A stretch of 64,000 nt of DNA from a virus, in the IMG/VR virus record IMGVR_UViG_3300017991_000105, positions 3,901 through 67,900 of that record, one strand, 5' to 3'. Each line of letters starts with the position of its first letter. The stretch's first letter is position 1. The translations under genes and the position numbers were made by a program. Below the pieces are notes generated by a model. That model was not told where the DNA came from. It did no database searches and saw only the letters and a list, made by a program, of their open reading frames with translations. Positions 46,393-55,925 of the stretch are shown here, piece after piece.

Positions 46393-46841
46393 CTGATCCC
46401 TTCAGGAAGGTCCGCCATGTCAAAATTCTGTTCATACAGAACAGACAGGATGTGGACGCCCTGTTTCAGGGTCAGGTTCTTCCGTATCAGTTCAGCGTCC
46501 TGTTGAACCGCAATCCCCACGATACTGGCCACCTGGCCAGATGAAAGCATGGTCTGAAGGGTTTCCTTCACCGTGGTGATCCCCACAGCGATAGGGTCAG
46601 CCTTGGCCATGTTGGCCAGCTTCCGCTTTCCCTTCCCGTCCGGGGGAGCGGTCAAGGCGGAAGCGATAGCCGCCGCCGCCTGACCAAACAGTTCCCCGAT
46701 TTCGGACCACAGCGCTTCATATTCCCCTTCAGTCAGGGGGAGGATTTCGTAGGCTTCAGAACCTATGATGATCGTTCTTTTGACAGTTTCAGGTAGGAGA
46801 TACCGGTATTGTTCCGGAACCTCCGCCAACTTCTGGGACAT
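46011..46841 (-). CDS. Tail assembly chaperone (G-like)
   Basis: Position upstream of the tape measure; IRKN slippery site. Confidence 0.75.
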   Translation of the reverse strand: MSQKLAEVPEQYRYLLPETVKRTIIIGSEAYEILPLTEGEYEALWSEIGELFGQAAAAIASALTAPPDGKGKRKLANMAKADPIAVGITTVKETLQTMLSSGQVASIVGIAVQQDAELIRKNLTLKQGVHILSVLYEQNFDMADLPEGIRKNLEGFLAVFGINLAKGPNPTQEMLDITLETLADLEDHKTSSQEALETIRKEALKRGFRIPSSAGESMKPSPGTTDGPENTSKEPSSGNVTSPVNDAGEDTGQDSVKDTGVEEPQATPTPENVSTG

Positions 46842-46883
46842 CGTGACCTCCTGGGTTCGTGTGTTCGTGTCAGTGATCAGTCA

Positions 46884-47822
46884 TTATGTGACAGTAACCG
46901 CCACAGGCGTGGACGGATCACTGGGGACGCCGGAATAGGACGCCACGTCCGTCAGAGCCGTGACCACAGCGTAGTAGGTCCCCGCGCCAATGGTGTCACC
47001 GCCGCCCGCTATCGCGCCTCCGCCGTACTGGGTGACGTTCACAACAGCTTCCCCGCCGGAGAAGGCCGTGGGAAGAACCAGAGCGTCAGGGACCATGTCC
47101 GGGGTGATGGCCGTGGGCCTGGTGGAACGGATGTAGACCTGGTAGGCCACCACAGCCAAGTCCGTGGACTCTGTGATGGTGACATCTACCTGACCCGCGC
47201 CGCCAACCGCCGAAGCCGTGGGGGTGGTAGGCTGTTCCAACTGGGCCTTCAGACCTAGCTGGCCTTCATCCCCAAGATTGGAGTCCACCTTGACCTTGGA
47301 AAGGTTCACGATGATAGAGCCCTTCAGGAACGCCAGGTTATTGTCCGCGAACGTGGGGACCGCGCCGTTCACGATCCGCTGAAGGCTGACCGTGAAAGGT
47401 CCGCTTCCGGCGATCTCATGACAGACAAAGCGCCTGAACGTGTTGGCTGACAGAAGGTCCGTCCTGTGGTCCACGGAGAAGTCCGTCATGATCAAGATGA
47501 AGTCCCCAGCTTCCAGGTTCAGCTTCTCCAGCGCCGTGGCGGACAGGCTGATTGACGGATCTGACACGTCAAACAGATCTTCCAGGAAGGCGTAGGGGTA
47601 CAGGTTGGAAGACTTGTTTGGGGCTCCGTCCAGAAGGTCTTGGACCAGCTCCGTGATCTCCTTGAAGTAGGTCAAGCCGCCCGCCGTGGCCTTCAGGATG
47701 GCCACGTCCACTTCCTGGCCTTCCTTGTCCACCCGCGTTCTGTCCACGGACACGTTGACATTCTGTTCCTGTTGGGTCTGGTCATTGGCTCTTGTGTACC
47801 TCTGACGGATTGCAATGGACAT
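46884..47822 (-). CDS. Virion protein with C-terminal FN3/Ig-like domain (possible major tail protein)
   Basis: PTTPTASA...YQVY...YYAVVTA...S.PS FN3 pattern; upstream of the chaperones. Confidence 0.55.
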   Translation of the reverse strand: MSIAIRQRYTRANDQTQQEQNVNVSVDRTRVDKEGQEVDVAILKATAGGLTYFKEITELVQDLLDGAPNKSSNLYPYAFLEDLFDVSDPSISLSATALEKLNLEAGDFILIMTDFSVDHRTDLLSANTFRRFVCHEIAGSGPFTVSLQRIVNGAVPTFADNNLAFLKGSIIVNLSKVKVDSNLGDEGQLGLKAQLEQPTTPTASAVGGAGQVDVTITESTDLAVVAYQVYIRSTRPTAITPDMVPDALVLPTAFSGGEAVVNVTQYGGGAIAGGGDTIGAGTYYAVVTALTDVASYSGVPSDPSTPVAVTVT

Positions 47823-47834
47823 GTGATCCTCCTT

Positions 47835-48128
47835 CTAAATAGGTGTCCTCTTCATCCCTGTGGCGGAGATATTGAACAGCCTAACTCCAGGCTGAACCTG
47901 TTTTATGTCTGGCTGGCCGTCCATGGTGAAGCCGCCGTCTCCACCCGGAAAGACCTCTTCCAGCCTTTGAAGCCCATACTCCAGCGTGGTCCAGTCTATC
48001 TTCCACTGTTTGACCGTCACCAGAGCATTTCTGACCACTGTCCCCACCCCGCCCACAGAACAGGAAATGATGTTCTCTGGGTAGGAGTAGGTCAGTTCAT
48101 CTTCATAGTGTAGCGCTTCTCCAGCCAT
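47835..48128 (-). CDS. Small virion protein (paralog of 48133-48459)
   Basis: MDGQPDIKQVQPGVRLFNI. Confidence 0.6.
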   Translation of the reverse strand: MAGEALHYEDELTYSYPENIISCSVGGVGTVVRNALVTVKQWKIDWTTLEYGLQRLEEVFPGGDGGFTMDGQPDIKQVQPGVRLFNISATGMKRTPI

Positions 48129-48132
48129 TTGT

Positions 48133-48459
48133 TTAGCCCGTGGGGGCTATGGTGGTTCCCGTCTCTTCCAGGTCAGGAAGAAGAGGGGATGTCCCAAACC
48201 CACGCCCCATCACCTTGACGTTGTAGATCCGTGTTTCTGGACTGATTTCAGACACGTCCGGTTCTCCATCCATGGCGTAGATCCCTTCATCTTCATTGAT
48301 GGCTTCATCTATGAAGGGCTGGATCTCTTCTCTGGACAAGAACATCCCAGTCACCTGGATCATGTGGATATAGCCGCGAAGCCGCCCCACGTTGGACCCT
48401 GGGGTGGTGGACGTGTTCTTGTAAACAGGGATGGAGTACCGGAGAACGTGTCTAGCCAT
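48133..48459 (-). CDS. Small virion protein (paralog of 47835-48128)
   Basis: MDGEPDVSEISPETRIYNV. Confidence 0.6.
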   Translation of the reverse strand: MARHVLRYSIPVYKNTSTTPGSNVGRLRGYIHMIQVTGMFLSREEIQPFIDEAINEDEGIYAMDGEPDVSEISPETRIYNVKVMGRGFGTSPLLPDLEETGTTIAPTG

Positions 48460-48461
48460 AA

Positions 48462-49181
48462 TTACGCGGGCCAGACGCCAGCTCTGGCCGTCCCAAAGTG
48501 TTCTTCAACCGTGACTTCAGCCGTGGCCCAAGCCTCCGCGCTGAACGTGGTGGTCCTGGAGATGGTGAAATTCCCCGCCAGGACCTGGGGTGGGATCGTC
48601 ACGCCCTGGACCAGGTGGGTGGCTCCCGTGCCATCGTCCTGGGGAACGATCTTCCGTAGTTCAAACGTGAACTTGTGCCAGTCTGTGATGGACCTGTCCT
48701 GTCTGGGGTTGATCAGGATGGCGTCTTCGATCTCCACGAACACCGAACCGTCCCCAGGGATGGCCGTGGCCAACTGGAGATCATAGCCCGGGGTTCCGTG
48801 AAGGTCTTCCGTGTAGCCATCAGGAAGATCCCCAAACCCGGTCACGGACAGCGTGACTTCCTTGGACAGGATCAGGAACCCGTCAATGTAGACAAGCTTG
48901 TCCACGCCTGGCGTGTTCCCGTCAATGTAGGCTTCATGGGTGGCCACGTTTTCAGACTCCGTCAGCGTGACCGTTTCAAGGGTTTGACCCAGGGCATTGA
49001 CCAACTGGGGAGCCAGTCCCCACGCCAGGTTGGTGATGTCCGTGGTGGTCTGTGAGACCGTCCCAGACTCCATCCTGTAGACCAAGTCAATGTCCAGCCC
49101 GTCTCTGAATTCAATCAGATCCGTGGTCCTGGCCAAAGACAGGGAGTCAAGCCCAACTGTACCAAATCCAGGTAGTGGCAT
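48462..49181 (-). CDS. Putative virion/tail protein
   Basis: Thr-rich beta protein after the terminator gene; GGAGG RBS. Confidence 0.55.
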   Translation of the reverse strand: MPLPGFGTVGLDSLSLARTTDLIEFRDGLDIDLVYRMESGTVSQTTTDITNLAWGLAPQLVNALGQTLETVTLTESENVATHEAYIDGNTPGVDKLVYIDGFLILSKEVTLSVTGFGDLPDGYTEDLHGTPGYDLQLATAIPGDGSVFVEIEDAILINPRQDRSITDWHKFTFELRKIVPQDDGTGATHLVQGVTIPPQVLAGNFTISRTTTFSAEAWATAEVTVEEHFGTARAGVWPA

Positions 49182-49191
49182 GATTTCCTCC

Positions 49192-49689
49192 TTATAGGAT
49201 CACATTTGGCCGTGGGACATAGACATAGTATGTCAGGGGGACGAATTCCACCCCGTCCATGGCCCCTTCATTATCAGGTCTGGCCATCCCAAGAGCGGAC
49301 TGAAAAGGTCCGCGCTCTTCAAACCGGATAGCCATGTCCAGTTCTTGACCGTTGAATTCCACTGGGACAGGAGTCTCTGGGTTTGTGAAGTCAAGGAAGG
49401 GAATGGCCCTGACGTTCAGGGCTCCCCGTAGCCGTGTGATCATCTCTTCTAGCCGTCTTCCCATTGGGTCATCCACAGGTCTGTTGAAACAGCGGATCAT
49501 CACCGTGTTGGTGGTGTAGGGGCCGCGTCCAAAGGAGATCCAGTGAAGGTCCACCCACACATCCATGGACGTAGGGTTGAACTTCACGTCCCCGTAGTTC
49601 ACAGGGTAGCCGTGAACGTCAGAGAACTGTTCCTGGATGACCTTCTGAAAGCTGGCCTTAATGTTCAGATCAGACTGGTCCGCGCTCAT
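49192..49689 (-). CDS. Putative tail terminator
   Basis: Position after the gp10-like gene; size and composition. Confidence 0.5.
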   Translation of the reverse strand: MSADQSDLNIKASFQKVIQEQFSDVHGYPVNYGDVKFNPTSMDVWVDLHWISFGRGPYTTNTVMIRCFNRPVDDPMGRRLEEMITRLRGALNVRAIPFLDFTNPETPVPVEFNGQELDMAIRFEERGPFQSALGMARPDNEGAMDGVEFVPLTYYVYVPRPNVIL

Positions 49690-50165
49690 TTCAAAGTTTT
49701 CTTTATTCCGGTTTTCAAGGCCAAGGGGATATACCACCTGGCCCGTTCATTCGCTTCTGGGAGCGTGGACTTCACGATCCCCAGGGGTTTGGTCCCTGGG
49801 TGATGAACCCACGCCCGTAGTGATATGTCCGACAGAGGAACCAGGGGTCCCATGGCGCTGTCCTTGGGCCAGACAGTCAGGGCTCCCTTCCTCCGCGCCC
49901 GTATGATGTGGGGCCTGGTTCCATACTCCAGGTAGTCCGCCACCTTGGACGTGTTGTAGACCCTGAACCCTTTTTCCGTGGGCCGATACATCCGAAGCCG
50001 CCACTTGGACCGGGTCACGCCCAGCCGCTTGGGGGTCTTCTTCTTGACCCGCGCCAGGGTCCACTTCCCCAGTTCACGGACAGCCCGGCGAAGCTCCCGC
50101 CGTTCATTCCGCTCCAGCTTGGAGATCCACCTGAACCCCTGGAACACCGCCTTCATGGCCATCAT
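49686..50165 (-). CDS. HK97 gp10-like neck/tail completion protein
   Basis: TPKR.G..RSKW, YLEYGTRPH.I, VHHPGTKP. Confidence 0.85.
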   Translation of the reverse strand: MMAMKAVFQGFRWISKLERNERRELRRAVRELGKWTLARVKKKTPKRLGVTRSKWRLRMYRPTEKGFRVYNTSKVADYLEYGTRPHIIRARRKGALTVWPKDSAMGPLVPLSDISLRAWVHHPGTKPLGIVKSTLPEANERARWYIPLALKTGIKKTLK

Positions 50166-50593
50166 CAGCCCACCCCCGTCTTCTGGGGACGTAGCTGTAG
50201 CTCACAGCGTCCGCTGGGTTTGTGGTAGGTCTTCCGCTGGATGGACCAGTAGTTCCCAGAATTCACTTCCATCTGAATGATGTCCGTGTCCTCCGGGTCA
50301 AAGTCATAGATGACCACCAACTGGTCCGTGGACTGGATCAGCCCCCCTGAATTCATGATCTTGTGTTCCGTGTAGTCCATGAACGTACAGGGGAACGGAC
50401 CCAAGGTGTCCTCCGTCACGGTCCCTTCATGGGCCGCGTGGGGGATGGAGTCCGTCCGTGTAGTCCTGTGGATCGTCAGGAAGGGGTGGTCAAGCCGGAG
50501 CCTGTCCGTGGCCCAGATGACCTTCTGATCCACTTCATGGATGAAGTCAACGTGGAACTGGTTTATGGGGGTGGTCTTTGGAGCCCGGATCAT
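50165..50593 (-). CDS. Head-tail stopper/adaptor
   Basis: Position in the neck cluster; D.I....YW.I pattern. Confidence 0.55.
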   Translation of the reverse strand: MIRAPKTTPINQFHVDFIHEVDQKVIWATDRLRLDHPFLTIHRTTRTDSIPHAAHEGTVTEDTLGPFPCTFMDYTEHKIMNSGGLIQSTDQLVVIYDFDPEDTDIIQMEVNSGNYWSIQRKTYHKPSGRCELQLRPQKTGVG

Positions 50594-51402
50594 AGTGGAG
50601 CCTCAACTTCATCAGAAACAGCTATCTTCCCGTTGATGTCCTCCGTGACTACCACGAAATACCAGGAACCCGTTTCCAGGTCACTGATCCTGATGGAAGT
50701 CTTATGGCGTTCTTTGATGGTCTTCAACAGCTCCGCGTTATCCTTGACCCCCTTGAAGGTGGCGTCAGGATTGTTCAGAGTAGTCAGGTCCTCCAAGCCC
50801 GCTTCATCACTGACGTAGACGTAGTAGGCGTTGAAGTCCGTGTCCGTATTTTCAGACCAGACAAGATCACAGGAGTCCGGTGGGTTCAGAGCCGCCACAG
50901 ATAAAGCTGAAGCTTCCGGGCCTTCTTGAATAGACAGCGGGGTGATGTTGTCCCACAGGTCATCATAACTGACCAGAGTCCCCATGGTGACAGTCTCCCC
51001 AACCTTGGCCCCAATTTCCAAGTCTTCACAGACCTGGTCATACTCCATCCCCAACTTCTCCGCCAGCTCCATCTGATACTTGAACCGGATGGAAGGGTCA
51101 GCTTCCCCCTGTTGTCCTTTCACAGGAAACTGAAGGGAGACCTGGGTGGCCCGCCACAGACAGATGTCCTTCCATGCCAGAAGCATGACAGGCGCTTCTT
51201 CCGCCCGTGGGAGCGTGTCCCAGGTGTAGTCAGGGTTATGACGTAGTAGGGCCTCTTCCAGGAACGTGGACGCCTCCGCGCTTGAAATCTCGAATTCATC
51301 CAGTTCCTTCACCCGCGCCCGGGTGACCAGCCGACTGGTCAAATTGACCAGCCGACTGGACCCAGTCACAGAGGAAACGTCAATCAGCTCCACTAAGGGC
51401 AT
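50590..51402 (-). CDS. Head-tail adaptor with FN3 domain
   Basis: Helical N-terminus plus LVWSENTDTDFNAYYVY...L..GSWYFVV FN3. Confidence 0.65.
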   Translation of the reverse strand: MPLVELIDVSSVTGSSRLVNLTSRLVTRARVKELDEFEISSAEASTFLEEALLRHNPDYTWDTLPRAEEAPVMLLAWKDICLWRATQVSLQFPVKGQQGEADPSIRFKYQMELAEKLGMEYDQVCEDLEIGAKVGETVTMGTLVSYDDLWDNITPLSIQEGPEASALSVAALNPPDSCDLVWSENTDTDFNAYYVYVSDEAGLEDLTTLNNPDATFKGVKDNAELLKTIKERHKTSIRISDLETGSWYFVVVTEDINGKIAVSDEVEAPL

Positions 51403-51405
51403 GAC

Positions 51406-51963
51406 TTAGCCTCCGAACGCTGAACCGTTCGATATGAGGACGCCAGCCACATTCTGGGGAACCAGGTAGATCTGACCTTCCTGACAGTGTGGGAATTCCG
51501 CAATCCACCGGAACGTGAAGCTCTTGGACTTCATCATTGGCGGAGTCAGAAGGGTCTTCAACATCCTGATGGGGACGTAGCCCGCCGCCTTGGACGCCGC
51601 CGCGTCCGGGGCCGACCTGGGGAAGACGGGGGACTGGTTGGAAAGCTTGACCATGATGTCCTTATTCAAAGACTCACAGATTTCCGCTTCCGCCACCTGT
51701 TCTTCCGCCGCCGCGCTGTCCCGCCCGTCCGCCTCTTTAGCGGGGGCCGTTGGCGCTGGAGCGGTTTCTTCCGCTTCGCCATTGGGTTCATCCTCCACGA
51801 ACGCCGGGGGCTCCACAGCTTCCGCCACGTCTGGCGTGACTTCTTCCGTAGGTTCCGCCGGAACCTCTTCAGGCGTGTTGACCGCCTCTTCCTCCACAGC
51901 TTCTTCCACCTGGATGGGATCTTCCGTGGGTGTGTTCTTTGGTTGTCTCCTGGATTTCGCCAT
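51406..51963 (-). CDS. Hypothetical protein (acidic, Pro/Ala-rich)
   Basis: Follows the capsid gene; GGAGG RBS before ATG 51963. Confidence 0.65.
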   Translation of the reverse strand: MAKSRRQPKNTPTEDPIQVEEAVEEEAVNTPEEVPAEPTEEVTPDVAEAVEPPAFVEDEPNGEAEETAPAPTAPAKEADGRDSAAAEEQVAEAEICESLNKDIMVKLSNQSPVFPRSAPDAAASKAAGYVPIRMLKTLLTPPMMKSKSFTFRWIAEFPHCQEGQIYLVPQNVAGVLISNGSAFGG

Positions 51964-52012
51964 TGTGCTGACCTCCTGTAGTGTCAATGGACCAGGAAGG
52001 CCCGCCTATCTA

Positions 52013-52984
52013 TTAGGCGGACTCCCCGATGACCACATGACCACCTTCGATCAGCCCCACGCCCCAGATCCCGTACCACGCCAGCTTGTGGCGTCTTCCG
52101 AAATCATGGACTCCGTCATCCCTCAGTTCCGCCTCCAGTGAGACAGCCAGGCCGATGGAGTGATCCCCCACCATGATGGCCCTGTAGACATCTTCTGTCT
52201 GACCGGCTGTCACGTCATCCACGCCCGTGTCCAGGCCGTCAGCCCAGACGTTCCCTGACGCGTCGATGTAGGGGATCATCGTGGTTTCGATGAACCTAAC
52301 ATCTTCGTAGCGCCCGATCTCCCCACGGAAGATCTGGTCAGGAGCGCCGTAGTGGCTGGCGTCAACCCAGTGTTCATCATCACGGAGCCTCCGCGCCTGA
52401 TGGGGGTGGATGAAACAGATGTAGGCGTCCCCGTTGATCTTGGGGGCCTTGTTGGTGGCCAAGATTTCGACCATGTCCTTGACCATTTCGGTATCGAAAT
52501 AGTCAGTTGCGCCGATGGAATCCCTTCCCGTGGCGATCCCGGCGTAGACCACGTTGGACGCGGTCAACAGTTCATCCCTGATCATCCCGTCCCGATACTT
52601 GGCCATGTGATGGCCCAGCATGGTGGCGGAGTCAGAAAGGATGTCCGTGAAGGCCGTCCGGAGCGCGAACTCCGTCACCTGAAGGGCCTTACCATGTTCA
52701 GACACTGTGATCTGGATCTGGCTGGCCGTCAGGTTATCGGTTTCCATGTCCACGTTTTCCACCAGCGCCGCGTCCCCGGTCAGGGCCGCATAGCGGAGGA
52801 AATTGATGGTCCGTCCAGGCATGACAGACAGCTCTTCCTTTCGGGAAGCGATCTGTTCAAACCTCAGAAGAGGCTGGGCCTGGAAAAGGATTTCCCGGCT
52901 GTAGACTTCGATGATGGCCGGAGTGATGGGAACCGCGTTGGGGGTTCCGCCACTAGCTACCGCAGAGGTGATGTTGTCAGGCAT
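52013..52984 (-). CDS. Major capsid protein (N4-gp56 family-like)
   Basis: YSREILFQAQPLLRFEQ, EHGKA, HPHQARRLRDD, GEIGRYEDVRFIET, DFGR...LAWY. Confidence 0.93.
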   Translation of the reverse strand: MPDNITSAVASGGTPNAVPITPAIIEVYSREILFQAQPLLRFEQIASRKEELSVMPGRTINFLRYAALTGDAALVENVDMETDNLTASQIQITVSEHGKALQVTEFALRTAFTDILSDSATMLGHHMAKYRDGMIRDELLTASNVVYAGIATGRDSIGATDYFDTEMVKDMVEILATNKAPKINGDAYICFIHPHQARRLRDDEHWVDASHYGAPDQIFRGEIGRYEDVRFIETTMIPYIDASGNVWADGLDTGVDDVTAGQTEDVYRAIMVGDHSIGLAVSLEAELRDDGVHDFGRRHKLAWYGIWGVGLIEGGHVVIGESA

Positions 52985-53034
52985 TGACTAACTCCTTCTC
53001 TTGTGTGTTCGCTCTTCACTCCGGCCGTCAAGCT

Positions 53035-53883
53035 TTACTGGTTGGGATGTCTCCGTCTCAGTTCAGCCTTCAGATTTCCGCGTGAAGCCGCGAACTCTTC
53101 AGGTGACATTGACCGGACCTTGGCCGCCATGGCCGAGTCAGCGTCCGCCACTCCTGGCTGGAATTCGCCGTGTCCCGTCCCAGGACCAGCCGCTGGAGGC
53201 GGCCCGCCGTTGGGAGGGGGTGGCCCGGTCTGTTGGGTTTCTTGTCCGTTCACGCTGTCAACCGTCTTTTGCCAGACAGAACGGGCTTTAGCGTAGGAGT
53301 CATCAATTTCCTGTTCCGTGTTCCCTGTGACCAGCTCTTCAATGATCTGGCCCTGGGCCTCCTGTAGCTTCGCCGCCCTGTATTCCGCCAGGTCCTTCTG
53401 TCTCAGTGTTTCCCGTAGGGACGCCGTCTCTGAAGCGTGTTCCGTCTTCATGGCTTCCATCTGACTGGTGAACTTCTCCGTCAGCTTGGTAGCCACTTCT
53501 GTAGTGGCCGCTTCAATTCTGGCGTCCACGTCTTCCGTCTTAGACTTGGACTTGGTGGGTTCAGGTTCCTTCTTGTCTGGTTCAGGTTGACTTCCTTTTT
53601 CAAGGTCCGCCAGACGGGACTTCAAAGCTTCGTTCTCACTGGACACAGCCGCCGCTTTGTCTTCCAAAGCCGCCGCCCTATCCAGTTGACTCTGAAGCTT
53701 CGTCCGCTCTTCCATTCTGACCTTGTCCCTGAACTTGTCTATGTCCTGGGGAACCTTGGGCTCCTGGTTCTGGGCCGCCTGGGCCGCCGCCTGGGGGTCC
53801 TGGTTTCCCTGGGACTGGTTCTGACCCTCTTGGGTCTGTTGGGTCTGGTCTCCCTGACCCGCGTTGTCCTCTTGGCCTTCCAT
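53035..53883 (-). CDS. Capsid scaffolding protein
   Basis: Coiled-coil, IIEELV.G.TE.EID.S, MSPEEFA..R C-terminus; precedes MCP. Confidence 0.85.
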   Translation of the reverse strand: MEGQEDNAGQGDQTQQTQEGQNQSQGNQDPQAAAQAAQNQEPKVPQDIDKFRDKVRMEERTKLQSQLDRAAALEDKAAAVSSENEALKSRLADLEKGSQPEPDKKEPEPTKSKSKTEDVDARIEAATTEVATKLTEKFTSQMEAMKTEHASETASLRETLRQKDLAEYRAAKLQEAQGQIIEELVTGNTEQEIDDSYAKARSVWQKTVDSVNGQETQQTGPPPPNGGPPPAAGPGTGHGEFQPGVADADSAMAAKVRSMSPEEFAASRGNLKAELRRRHPNQ

Positions 53884-53936
53884 TCCGTGTCTCCTTTTCA
53901 GTGTGAATTAGTCAGAGGATGGTTGAAGTCTTTGAT

Positions 53937-54173
53937 CTACCAGATCTTCTGTCCCTGGGGACCCTTGGGCCTGTTGGACCAATAGGTTCCACGCCGGACA
54001 GGCTGGTTCATTCCCTTACCGGTGAACTCTGAATGGCGCATGGGCTGATGTTTGGAACCCTTCATCTTCTGGTTCCTACCAGCCGAAGTCCTGAACTTTC
54101 CAGCCAGGGGGCCGGTGTTCTTGGGGAACTTCCCCGCCATTCCTCTTCCCTTCGCTGTTCCTAGCTTTGGCAT
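53937..54173 (-). CDS. Small basic protein
   Basis: K/G/R-rich 78 aa between portal and scaffold, GGAGG RBS. Confidence 0.65.
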   Translation of the reverse strand: MPKLGTAKGRGMAGKFPKNTGPLAGKFRTSAGRNQKMKGSKHQPMRHSEFTGKGMNQPVRRGTYWSNRPKGPQGQKIW

Positions 54174-54182
54174 GATAGCCTC

Positions 54183-55916
54183 CTATTCTTCTTCCTCTTC
54201 TGGTTGGGCCTCTTCCTCTTCTTCATCTTCCTGTGGGGTCTCCGTGTCTTCCTTGGCTTGGGCTTCCTGTTCAGCGACAGAAGCCACCTTCTCTTCAATC
54301 TGGGAGACAGTGTCCGCGTTATCCAGGACGATCTTGTCCAGGTCTTTCCACATTTCCATCAGGCCGGTCAGAAGGGATAGTGACCCAAGAGACAAGGCCC
54401 GAAGGTTGGGGATAGCTCCGGAAGAAGCTTTGGCCCGTTCCACATCCGTCAGTAGAAGCTCCCTGTTGTCTGCTATCAGCTCCAGGGCCTTCTGTGGGAT
54501 GTTCTGGACGCCCAACTTCTCCAAGGCTCCCAGCTTGGACTCCAGGCCCATGTCCATGAGCCTCTGAAGGATGTCTAGCTTTTCGCCTTGGTCCTGTGGG
54601 AGGGGTGATGGGAATTCGACTGTGAACCGCGTGGCTTTCGCGGGATCGTCAATGTTGGACGTGATGGGGATGTCAAGAAATCCCTCCGCTATCCGTATTA
54701 TAGTACCAGCCGTCTCCAAAAGTCCACCCCCATAGGTCAACTCCTTCCGCTGGGCCTTCTCTATCGAAGGCATGAACAGAGTTTTCAGGGCCGCTTCTGA
54801 AGTGTTGGCCAAGCCTGGGATCTCTGACAGGGCCGCCATAGGCGTGTTGGAAAACTCGCCAAGGGACAGCTTGATCTGTTCCAGGTATTGGTTGGCTATG
54901 GTCAGCTCCCCCTGAAGCTGTAGGTTCTCCACCCTGGCGTCAGCGGGAAGACACCAAAGCCTATAGGCCGCCTTTTCCAACTGGCTGGCCCTGGCCCCGA
55001 AGATCAGCGTGACAGGCTTGGCGTGGTAGTCCATGATTTCTCTGACGGAAGTCATGGCCGTGTTCAGATCCTGGTTCAGTTCTTTGATGGGGTCAATGTC
55101 CGCGAAGCCAAAGGCGGACGTGGCCAGGGGAAGGTTGGCAATGTGAGCCACGCCGATCTCCCGCAGGATGTTTTCCCTGGGAGACCCTGGGACCTCCGCC
55201 CTGTTGATCCATTCCCTGATTTCATACGGGGTGATGTAGAGACTGTATAGGGCCTTTTCCCTGTTCACCGCGTCCGGGTCCGTGGCAATGACCAAGGGGC
55301 TGGCCGTGCTGATGGGGTACTGGATCAGACAGGCTTCCATCCTGGTGTAGTCAGGATTGTAGATGGGGTAGACGTAGTGGGAATTCACGGACCTGACAGA
55401 GATCCACCACTTATCCTTGGGAAGCTCCGTCCGTTCACCTGTGACAGGGTCCAGGGTAGACGTGACCAAGGTGGTCTGAAGGTAGGCGTCCCCCGAAACA
55501 GACCCGATCTGGAACAGGTCATAGACCATCCTTGGATAGTCATTCATGTCCAGGACCAGGTTGACCACGTCCGCCGCGTATTCATTCCCAGGGGGAGCCT
55601 TGATCACCGGAGGGGTGGCCGCCATCCAGTCCACGGACTTGTCCACGATGGTCCTACAGTAGTTCAGGACCATCTTCTTCTTCCCGTCCTTCGTCATCTG
55701 TTGGAACTGGTCTCCACGATAGAACGCCCAGTTCTCCCTGTACCTGTAGAGCCGCTGGATGGCCGCGTTTCTCCAGTCCAGCTCCAGGAACCCATCATAG
55801 GGTTCAAAGACAGCTTCTCCCATGATGGCGCTGGTCAGGTAGACATCAGACCGCCCCGTGTAGCTGTTCCTCCTGAACCCTTGAACCACTGAATTCACCA
55901 TAGACCTGACTGACAT
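54183..55916 (-). CDS. Portal protein (SPP1 gp6-like)
   Basis: R..RY...WAFY.G, LNYCRTIVD, GSVSGD, H..N.P....FG..DI; follows the terminase. Confidence 0.92.
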   Translation of the reverse strand: MSVRSMVNSVVQGFRRNSYTGRSDVYLTSAIMGEAVFEPYDGFLELDWRNAAIQRLYRYRENWAFYRGDQFQQMTKDGKKKMVLNYCRTIVDKSVDWMAATPPVIKAPPGNEYAADVVNLVLDMNDYPRMVYDLFQIGSVSGDAYLQTTLVTSTLDPVTGERTELPKDKWWISVRSVNSHYVYPIYNPDYTRMEACLIQYPISTASPLVIATDPDAVNREKALYSLYITPYEIREWINRAEVPGSPRENILREIGVAHIANLPLATSAFGFADIDPIKELNQDLNTAMTSVREIMDYHAKPVTLIFGARASQLEKAAYRLWCLPADARVENLQLQGELTIANQYLEQIKLSLGEFSNTPMAALSEIPGLANTSEAALKTLFMPSIEKAQRKELTYGGGLLETAGTIIRIAEGFLDIPITSNIDDPAKATRFTVEFPSPLPQDQGEKLDILQRLMDMGLESKLGALEKLGVQNIPQKALELIADNRELLLTDVERAKASSGAIPNLRALSLGSLSLLTGLMEMWKDLDKIVLDNADTVSQIEEKVASVAEQEAQAKEDTETPQEDEEEEEAQPEEEEE

Positions 55917-55925
55917 GGCGTTCTC

